Shown in pieces: positions 13,493 through 22,995 of a DNA stretch of 64,000 nucleotides. A program made the position numbers and the translations under genes. The stretch is taken from contig MU053652.1 in NCBI GenBank assembly GCA_013239625.1, positions 5,447,902-5,511,901 of the forward strand. Reading direction: 5' to 3'. This DNA is from Lama guanicoe (lineage: Eukaryota). Under the pieces are notes generated by a model. The model searched no databases. It had not been told where the DNA came from and saw only the letters and a program-made list of their open reading frames with translations. Positions within the stretch are counted from its first letter, which is position 1; every line of letters begins with the position of its first letter.

Positions 13493-13813
13493 ATAATACC
13501 TTGAATTCATATCGCATATTTTGCCCAAAGTTATTATGTGGTTCTATATTAGCTTTATAAGATTTAGCTTTATAAGATTACTAGATCACTGAGAGAGAAG
13601 ATAGTTTTTGTTTTGTTTTGATATTTTTTCTTGTAGTAAAACGCACAGTACTGTGTTTCATCAACCAGACCCAATTCACAGTCTTAATCAATGGAAAAGT
13701 AAAACCAGCACCTCTTGATTCCCTGGTTTTATGTATTTTGGGTGGAGCTGACTCCCGAGAATGAAGTTTGTGATAGGAAATAATACTAGGCATTTGCAAG
13801 AAAATACTGGAAG

Positions 13814-13974
13814 AGGGTTGCCAAATGTCCTGTATAAGTATGACCAGAGCCCTGCCCTATTGAAAGTTGTATCTAGATGCATATTAATCTTGTATCCTAT
13901 TCAGTCACTTTTGACGTATCTCTAGCCTGTCATCACTCCTGTATAGCATTCTACCAAGAAAATTTGGCAACCCA
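13814..13974. mobile_element. Short hAT-type MITE with terminal inverted repeats
   Basis: GGGTTGCCAAAT (13815-13826) and ATTTGGCAACCC (13962-13973) form a perfect 12-bp inverted pair resembling AGGGTTGCCA-type hAT TIRs. Confidence 0.6.
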
Positions 13975-14029
13975 ATATATGAAAAATAGTTTCTAACATT
14001 TTTTTTGCCAAGTTGCTATTTAAAAGTCA

Positions 14030-14360
14030 AACTATGACTAAAACTAAATTTATCATCCTACTACCAGAACTGACTCCCCTTGCTGACTTTACTTTGTCCT
14101 TGCTACCAACATCATTTTGCTTAACACACAGGTTTAAAGTCCTGTTTCTTCTATGAATCTATTCTTGGGGCCCCAAGCCATGGTGACTTCTTGCTCTGAT
14201 GAATTCATAACATTTGCTGTTTATTTTTCACTTTGATCCTTTGTGTTATTACTGCATTGTTATTTAATTACAGTGTCCCCATGAGTAGACTCTAAGCCCT
14301 CTGAGACTCAAGACTAACAGTTTTGCTCTGCAGCATGTAGGGTTCTGAATGAGTGGATCA
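14030..14360 (+). mobile_element. L2 fragment
   Basis: aaaactaaatttatcatcc...agactctaagccctctgag...gaatgagtggat. Confidence 0.55.
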
Positions 14361-14994
14361 TCAGGCCTGTCCCTATTCTCTTCTTCAGGTGTCAGTCAGT
14401 TTTGGTTAGTTTCTTTTCAGTGTCCTCTTCATGTCCTACTTTTACTGGTCTAAACCTTCTATTGCTCTATTCTTGGCTACCCTGGGTCTGCCAATATCTT
14501 TTATGTTTATGAAGATTATGGATGATTTTTAGGAAATTCTTGGGCTAATTTTATGGGAATATAGTTGTGATTTTTCAGCTTTTTTTCCTGTCTCTGGATC
14601 CATTTTTAAACTCTACCCACCAAATTCTACCTCTTTATAATTACTTTTAATATTTGTTTATTTATCAAAATATGTTTTGAGAGTCTTTATCTTAATAGTT
14701 TGAATATATATAAAAAAGGACTAACCAGATTTTAATTTTTGATATAGAATAAAAAGAAAGAAGAGAAACATAGTCTAGTTCACAAATACAAAATTTCTTC
14801 CCAAACTCTGTTGCTTACTGTGCTGCTTTTATAGCCTGATAGGAATGGGGCAGGCAGAGCTGAAATAATTATCATATCATGTATGTAAGTCACTGCAAAG
14901 TAAGCTTTATAGCCATTTTATTTAGCCACCTGGTATATACATTTTGTATGTACCTCCTTTTGAGCCAAAATTCTGTTGAATTATAGATGGGAAC

Positions 14995-15108
14995 TCTCGA
15001 GATTTAGTAAAACCTCATTTTAAAATGGAGAAAATTGAGGTAAGTGATTGTAGAAGATCACACATGCAGCTAATGAAGAAGTCAGGAATAGAGACCAGCT
15101 ATCTCCTA
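14995..15108 (-). mobile_element. MIR fragment
   Basis: cctcattttaaaatggagaaaattgagg...agatcacac...gctaatg. Confidence 0.6.
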
Positions 15109-15109
15109 A

Positions 15110-15390
15110 AGATTATTTTAGTAGGTAATAACATGTACGTGTTTAAAAAAATTAAACAGTACAAAAAGATGTACTGTGAAAGGTAAGTTTTCTTCCAACC
15201 CCATCTCTCGGTTCTCTTATTCTCTTCCCCAGGGTCAAGAAGTTACCAGTTTCTTGGGCTTTCAAGAGATGTTTTATGTATATATAACCATGTAAATGTA
15301 TATATTCCGCTTCATGCAAATGGTAGCATACTGTGTGCACTTTGCTGTACCTTCGTTGTTTTTTTTTTAATTTTTTAAACAATATGTCTG
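15110..15390 (-). mobile_element. L1ME-type 3' fragment
   Basis: aaattaaacagtacaaaaaga...ccagtttcttgg...caaatggtagcatactgtgtgcacttt. Confidence 0.6.
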
Positions 15391-16995
15391 AAAATTGTGG
15401 AACCCAGATATTTTTATCCCTTGGCCCATGAACTTTCCATTTTTTTAAACTGTATTGGTTATCATTTAGATAACCAGTTTTTGTTAATGTGAACAGACAA
15501 ATTGTTCTTTGTATCTAGCATATTGAGTACCTCGTGCGTAACATAATGTATTTCACATTTCTTTCAAAAAGAGATCATGGTCATTGATTTATTTCATGAT
15601 AAGTGTTGAGGTAAAAAATAATGAGTAAAATATCTATAATTATTATTGCTAGTTATGAAAAATAGCTGATTGGGATATTTTCTATTTGAGAAAGAAATGG
15701 CAGGTGAAATTTTCAAGGACATCATTTACTTTTAAACTTGTATAAAAACCTGTATGGTATGTACAAAACAGTTTAAAATCTCAGTGCTCGTGATAAGCAG
15801 TGATATTATAAATATTAAACCACAGATGTTTATTTTATAAATTTAAAAATCTCCAGCCTCATATGCAAATAACAAATAATTTTTCATCCGTTTCTCAAAA
15901 CAGTCTATGACTGTATATTTTAATCTTCTTGAGTTGACTCATTGTCCTCTGTATAAAAATATACCCTTAATTTTGATCATTTAGGATTTATTTTGGCTAA
16001 CTTACCTGTCAGTGCAATTATTGCTTTATTTTTCAGAGATTAATGGGCCTCTTATAATTGTTGGATTTTAGACCTTTTGGACCAAACTACTGCAAAAGAC
16101 AAATCTATTAAAAAAAAATGTGTCCCATGCCAAATGTCCACGATAGGATTCACTGAGGTCAAGAACTTATGTTTGAATTTTACTTTAGGTAATTAGTCAG
16201 TAATCCTGCATTCTCCCTAAAGATGGCAGTACTTCTCCATGTATTATTTACTGAGTAATTCTGTTTGAAAATAGTATTAATTATAACTCCATTATTGATT
16301 AGAAAAAAGTTAATCAGACTAAAAGTATATTTTAATAATGATATCACAGTAGTTAAAATTTGGTAGTAGAAGAAGTAAGGTTGTATCCTTGAGGTTCACG
16401 GCGTTAGTGCAACTTTTGTGTGTTTCCCTCTGCACTGGTCACAGGGTCCTAATGATTCTTACTGCTTTCTGACTTTGGAATTGTTGATGTGACATTGTGA
16501 ACTAATTGTGATTCATGTTAGGACTTTGCTGTATCTATATAGATCTCTCTCCTATGGAAATGTCATCAGAAAATAAAAACCAACAAACAAAACACTCCAA
16601 ACAGAAACAAAGCCCCTAAGTTAACTGCAAATTGTATGTATTTGTGGACATGACAAATGTTTTGATATTTATTCTTTGATAAAAGTTTATATGTCCAAGT
16701 TCTACTTGAACTTTTTCTTTTTTGCTTAGGTTAAAAATTCTTTTAATGAATGAAACAAATATTTATTGGTGCCATTAAAAAAAAAACGAATTTTCAGCCT
16801 TCTCTGCTGTAAAAACTAAGCTCTAAACGCACAAGGTAGTGCTTTAGAACATGGAGAAACAACACTATTTTGTTCCCCCTTTGTCCGTTATTCCCGTTTC
16901 AAATTAAATGGTTCTTTCTTGCATGCATGTGTTTGAAATTACATAGCTTTGTAGTTTGAAGATGGGGAACAGCAAGACAGGGCGGTTTAGACTCA

Positions 16996-17009
16996 CCGCT
17001 AGGCGTCAC
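16996..17009 (+). promoter_or_regulatory. Candidate CTCF site
   Basis: CCGCTAGGCGTCAC versus CCRSYAGRKGGCRS (2 mismatches), with 4 CpGs retained within ~35 bp in a CpG-poor region. Confidence 0.4.
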
Positions 17010-18479
17010 AAGCGACTTTGACATGTCCACTGCTTTCTAAGGCTGGCCCTGTTGGTTCATCTAGGCCCATTATTAGTTCATCAGCAAGGAGGCTGGGTGC
17101 TTGAGGACTGTATCACTGTAGCCAGCCTCGTAGATACTGATGGACAGATACCACATGCTAGTTTTTCAATGTGTAATGAGATGTTTTGGGCCCATTGGCT
17201 TCTCATGTTTATGATTCAGTGTATTTTCTTCAAGTAGGCAACTCTATATGGAAAACTAAATTCTTCATGAGCATTGAATCAGCTCTTGGTGACTAGTGTC
17301 AGCAAGCTCTGTTAGTATGATACCTTCACCTTTCCCAAAGGAATATACTTGCTGTTCAGACCAGATACTCATCAATTTTCAGAGCATCCTTTGTACTAGA
17401 CCAGAATACAGACAGATGGCCAGCTCTTGCTTTCTTGATTTCTTTTCTTACAGTTACTATATACTGTTTCCTTTAGCACATTTCCCCCCTATTTTAGAGT
17501 ATAACAAAATTGCTCTAATGTAGGTAAAACACTTAGCCCAATGCCTGGCATGTAGTAAATAAATTATAACTATATTAATAAATGTAACGTGTTAAATTTT
17601 GGTCACTTTGTGTCAAAGACCGTCTTTTGGGCCATTTCTTTAGATGGTTGATCAATATAATCTTTTACGTTTTGAGTTATTTCCTTTGTTTAATTCCTTA
17701 TTCTTTTAACTCCTTAGTTGCCTTTATCATTAGGTGTTGAATCCATGAGCCAATTAGGACAATCCCTTTTGGCTCTGCACAGTTTTGCTACCATTTTGTT
17801 GAGATTTTGATACTTTAAAAATTTCAGTTTCTTGTTCCAAACTACCCCATTCTCCACATTTCCCCCATCTATAATGTGAATCTGTTGGAAGAGATAATCT
17901 TCAAGTTACTGCTCAGCTCTAGAATGTAGATGATTTTATATCCTGTTTGAGTAGATGATGTCAGTTGTAGACCTTTCTATCTAATCAGCTTACCTTCATT
18001 TTTATTTTGAAAATGGTTGCAACATCAGAATCCTTAGAATAATAGGATGGCCATGGAATTGGGAGGCAATGATTGAACAATCATTCAATCATGGCGTGGA
18101 GGTATGATGATGGTAAATTCAGCAGTCAACAATGACATTAGTGATCTGGCAGATACACGCTTGACAAGTCAAACTTTGTGTGAAAATGAGTACAGAAAGG
18201 AATAATTGAGATAAGTCAATCTGTCACCCTGGCAACAGTAAGCATTGTTGCCAGCCTTCCCCTCTCCATCTACCTGGGGGTAAGTTATTCTTTTAAGAAT
18301 GGCAAAATAGTTTAGGAAAACGGTGGAGAAATTGCCACAGCTCTTTCTGGTGTTTGTAAAAATACAGATTATGGTGCATTTTTGGAACTGGTGGTCTCAT
18401 AACCACACTTTGAGAACAGTCATAGATAGCATACATTGTGGGAGTTCATAAAAAAAGGATAGATCATTTCAGACTGCAG

Positions 18480-18660
18480 TAATCAGGGAAAGCTCACTAG
18501 AATGGCTTTGGTCTGGGTCTTGAGGGATGGACAGCATTGAAATACATGAGAGGAGGGAGAAAACATTTTTTGATGGGTGGAATACCAAGAACAAAAGCAT
18601 AGAGGTGGGAACCAGTCATGTTTTATTAGGGGAGTTGAGAGTCCAGTTGTTTGGTGCAAA
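18480..18660 (-). mobile_element. L2 fragment, apparently continuing at ~19715-19860
   Basis: aatcagggaaagctc...gggtcttgagggatgg...aacaaaagcatagaggtgggaa, and later tttgagcaaaggaatgacag. Confidence 0.6.
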
Positions 18661-18679
18661 GTTCCTTAATTATGTTCCA

Positions 18680-19560
18680 TGAAAGAGAACTGAGGCAGTG
18701 CTTGGCAAATGGTATCATTCATTCCAGATTTGGGAAAAAATGGGCACTACGCCATATCTGTTCATCATGCAGCTGGATGAAACTATTGATGTCTCTCAGT
18801 GCATCAGGCTTCATGTTTTCTTGTGCTCTCTGATGTCTCCGATGAAGAATTTCATTTTAGGACTCTTTGGAAACTGGAAAGGCTGTCAGCATCTTCAAAG
18901 TAATACCTCTCCCTCTGTCTCTAATAATTATTCAGATGGCAGGGAAAAATGAAAGCATTCTGAGGGCAGATGTACACCTGTGATGTCAGGCACACATCAT
19001 GGTTTTCCTGCTTTTATGAGGAAGGGATAGCCACATGTCATTTTGCCTTGTTACTTTCCGTATCAGCAGCTGTCACCACCTTTCCAAGAGGTATTGCCAA
19101 GAAATAGGGGCAGAATATGATGGTTTTCTCTACTAGACAGAAAGAAATTTGCTGCCTTTCCAGGTCTTAATTGAACTTGAAGGCGGAGGAAATAATGTGA
19201 CTTGACTTTGACTTGAAATTCTTGGAGGAATTTAGTGTTCTAGTACACAGGCTACCTTAACATGACAAAGCATTCTATGGAATACTGCTTTGGTTGTATG
19301 TACCTTTATGAGTCAAGGATTTCAGTACTTGTTGCCATGGAGAAAAAAAGTTACAATTGATAATTAGAGATGATGCATGTGTTGTTATGTCAAAGACCAT
19401 ATTATAATTTCAATTCAAGGCAAATCTCACTGAGATTTACTATTGAGCAGTTAGAATCTTAAAAGTTTCTTTCAGTAAGTCATCATTTTTCTCTCATGAA
19501 AATAATAATGTGAGGGAGGCATAATCCTTTGTAAGTGTTATTATTATATATTGCTTATGT
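18680..19560 (+). mobile_element. Decayed, internally deleted hAT-Charlie (Buster-type) DNA transposon
   Basis: FIMQLDETIDVSQCIRLHVF resembles FSIQLDESTDVSxCAQLLVF. A frameshifted D-TPVMSG...GF...PHVI resembles the TDGAPAMxG...CxxH block. A C-terminal YLYES(x)GFSTL...DD-like dimerisation motif lies at ~19300-19435. Confidence 0.8.
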
Positions 19561-21109
19561 TCAGGAAATCAGCTTCCAGTGCAGTGAGATAAAGTATATG
19601 GTGTATGCACTTCTGTGCATGTTTCTGGAGGACAAAGCCAATATCTTTAATCAGAATCTCAGACTTGACTCCCCTTTAAGGTTAAAAATTAATAATTTAG
19701 CTAGTGTGGAGACAATAGGATGCTCTGGATGAATTTGAGCAAAGGAATGACAGGAAATTAGAAAGCTCATCTGAAGAATATGAGAAGAAAAGTTTTGGCA
19801 GGACTGTGGGAGATTTAGGGATTCAGGTTAGCCCCAGGGTTGGAGTTATCTGAATAATCTGAAGATAATTTTCTAGATAGAGCTTCTCAAAGGAAGGAAT
19901 CGCTTGTTACCTTTTTTTGTTCTTATAGTGTCTGACATAAGAGGCACTCAAAAATATTGAATTAAATTCAAATTGCTGTATGGATGATAAACCAAATGAA
20001 AGTTGGATGATAGCAACAAAAATAAATCCTTTTCTGTCTTATTTGTACTGAATTATGTTAAATCACTTGGTGTAAAATAAGGGTTTTGGAAAGATACTAC
20101 TTTATAAAAAGCTCATACACCCTTCTTCTTCAAACAGTTGGTTAACATGAACTTCTGGTCTCACAGGATTTTTTTTTGTATATTTTATTTCTGATAATTT
20201 TTTACTGAAGGTATGTTCTGAGACATGATAATTTCATCCAGTACCTTCAGAGGGAAGGAAACCTGCAGATTGGTGTGGTTGATTAGGTCATCATCTATTT
20301 AAGCGACATTCCAATAAACATCTTAAACTTGGATTTACTCATCTTTAAGTAAAATCAGTCTGACAACTCTGAGGTCACTTTGGTTAAAATATCATTGAAA
20401 CTTATGTTTTAATGGGTTTTCTATCAGTTTAATATCAAAGCCCTGGAATCCCATCCCTATGTTATATTAGTATAATTTTATTATCATCCTTATACATTTT
20501 TTGGGGATACAGTGTAGCAAAACAGATTCCCTAGGTATTAATAAGAGCTAAAAATTTAAATTTGTTATGATTGGAAGACCAAGATGTAAAGTTTAGAGTC
20601 TAGTTTATTGTAATATTTTAGCTTTACTCCTACCAAGTTCTTTAAAGTTAAAGAGAAAATTATTGAATGCACTGTTAAAACATTGGTATTATCGAAAACA
20701 TTTTTTCCAAAAGTATGATAATTTTTTTTAAAGCAAACTTTGTGTTCCCAAGTCTGTGGAGATTACAAGTTAAGTTTATTAGAATTTGTTAGAAGCCCAG
20801 AAAGCTTTTTTTTTTCTCCCTGAGGTAGAAATGCCTAATAGAGTGAAATAAGGTATAACTTCACAAAAGACAGTGATTTTAATTAACTGCATTATGTTTA
20901 AGGTATAAACTGCTCTGAAATACTGTGATTTACTCAGAATTTTTGAGGAAGATAAACTACTTCTGTGAACCATTCATTCATTCTTAGTATCTTTTGATGT
21001 CCACTGCTTTGCTACGCCATATAAAATGATTGTTTTCGTAAATTTGATTTAGGAAGTTAGAATGGAATGGGTACATAAGGAAGTGCTAAAATTCCTTTTA
21101 TTAAGTTAA

Positions 21110-21839
21110 TTTGTGTTGTTTTTATTATAAAAATATGCTTATTGTATACAGTTTAGGAAATATATAAAGATAACCTGCAGCCTCATCACCTGAAGTTAAC
21201 CACTTAACGTTTTGGAGTGTTTCTCTCCGTTACTTTATACATGCGTGGTGTGTTGTGTGTGTATACACATGTACACACATCAGTTTACACACATCCTCAC
21301 ACACTACAAATGGGGATGAAACTGACTTTTCGTTCTATCTAGTATACCTTTTCATATGATTAGATTAGCATTATTTATTAGCAGGTTAGTATCAACGATA
21401 AGAGAAAGACTAATCTACCGAACACATTGTTGGGTGTAGGATATGCTCAGTTTTTCTGTAATTTTTTTTCATTTTCTTTGCCTGTTATTTCATAGATACT
21501 GCACTGAAGACCCTGTATGGAAATTTTGCATAATTATTCCTTAAGGGAAAATTCTAAAACTAGAATATCTGAGTCAGAGTATTCAAAATGTTAAGGGTTT
21601 TGATACGTTTTACTAAATTACTTAAAAACTGTTTTATGACACTTCGGTTGGGTGTTGCTTTCCTGTGATCAGTCCACGTTTATCCCGTGTCTACGTGACA
21701 CACAGCGTGTTGGGCGGAAATGGCATCGCGCTGCGTCGGGGTTTGCGGCTCCTCGGTTAGCTGGGAGGCGCCGGGGCGTTGGTCCTCTTCTAACCGGCGT
21801 GTCTTTGTCTCTCTCCCTGGGGACCGCTGCCGCCCGTGC
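21110..21839 (-). mobile_element. L1M(E) fragment, left half; last ~150 bp GC-converted
   Basis: Antisense L1M motifs (ctagaatatctgagtcagag, aagggttttgatac), continuing as gggcggaaatggcatcgcgctg ~ ggtgaaaaatggtatctcattg. Confidence 0.7.
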
Positions 21840-22810
21840 GGGCCGAAGCCTCGGGAAGCCGTCGCCCCGCAGCGCCGCTGCCCTGCGCCCGGCCGCCCCG
21901 GGGAGCCGCCGCCCGCCCGCGGGCGCCGCCACCACGCGCCAGGCCGCCGCCAGCTGCCGCGCCAAGCTCCGCGAGCGCCGCCCTGAGCGCCGCGCCGCCC
22001 CGCACGGCCCGAGCACCTCGGGCCTCGCCGCGGCGCGCCTTTCCTCCCCGCCGGAGCGCTCGGGACTGCTCGCGGCCCTCAGCTGTTGGCAGGCCTCGCC
22101 TCACCCCGTGCTCTACCGGAACCCGCTTCCCCCGGACTCTTTCCCACGCAGCCCCTCAGGAGGACCGTGTGCCTTAGGGCCGGCGGGTGGGGAGGATGGC
22201 CTCCTTGCTAGTCGTTGCTGCTCGCAGAGCACTCCTTCCTCGTCCCGCCTGCCAGAATCCCGGCTTCTTTGAGAATCTTGCCGCTGGACAATACCATCCT
22301 CCTTGCCTCCTCCTCGTCATTTATCAAGCTCCTAGTCAGTTTCTTTCATTATTAGTTCTTCAGAGACTCGCTCCCAGTTTAGTCTTCAACTCAAATCCCA
22401 TCATCAACCAGCTGCTGACGTGCTCCACCCCACTCCCCACCCCGCTCCCCACCCCCGCCAGAAGATGGTTTTAATGTGTACAAACCCCAGTGACTATTGG
22501 GTGATCCCACACTATCTGGAGTTGTGTGATGCGTAACTGGTTAAACTTGAACTACAACATCCAGTCCCCTCCTTGTAACTTCATCCCCAGTGACCATTTC
22601 GTTCCTTCGGAATCAGCCTTGCTCCCACGGTTCTAGACTGTTATCCCAGGGGATCCACGGCTGGGTCCGCACTGAGGCGGGTGCTTCTCCCAGTCCTTGC
22701 CTGAGCGCAGTCGGGGTGTTTGCAGGCCACTGGACTCCTCGAATGCGCAGTTGTGGCGCGGGGACTTCTCAGCGGCCTGACTGAAACTTTCTTAGAACCG
22801 CGCCGCATGC
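21645..22810. promoter_or_regulatory. Orphan CpG island (core ~21700-22270)
   Basis: Extremely GC- and CpG-rich core in an AT-rich window, with GC boxes and an ETS/E2F-like GGCGGAAAT. No coding exon attached. Confidence 0.9.
22428..22456 (-). repeat. G-rich tandem repeat / putative G-quadruplex
   Basis: Five C-runs of >=4 on the + strand with 1-3 nt spacers (unit ~ctccccaccccg). Confidence 0.7.
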
Positions 22811-22995
22811 AGGCTAAGGCTCTTCTTGCCCAGACCCCTCCTGCATTAATAGGTGTCAGACTCGCATTTTTGTGTGAAGGCCCCGCCCTGCTCCTGATTC
22901 CTTCCCTTTATCCTCCACGGATGTTCCCTCAATAAAACTCTTGCAAGTTGAGCCCCGTCTTGCTGTCTGTTTCTAGGAGGGCCTGAGCTAATACA
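22670..22995 (+). mobile_element. ERVL-class solo LTR fragment (LTR16-like)
   Basis: ggtgtcagact...ctttatcctccac...caataaaactcttgca...cttgctgtctgtttctaggagggcctgagctaataca is a typical 3' end terminating in CA. Confidence 0.7.

Noticed and set aside
18698..18952. ZBED/Buster-like host gene exon
   Set aside because: The motif is real, but neighbouring motifs are frameshifted, stop-containing and internally deleted, so it is a transposon fossil.
21652..22474. Overlapping ORFs up to 206 aa in the CpG island
   Set aside because: Ala/Arg/Pro-rich low-complexity translations on both strands. Stop codons are rare at this GC content and the DNA derives from L1/L2.
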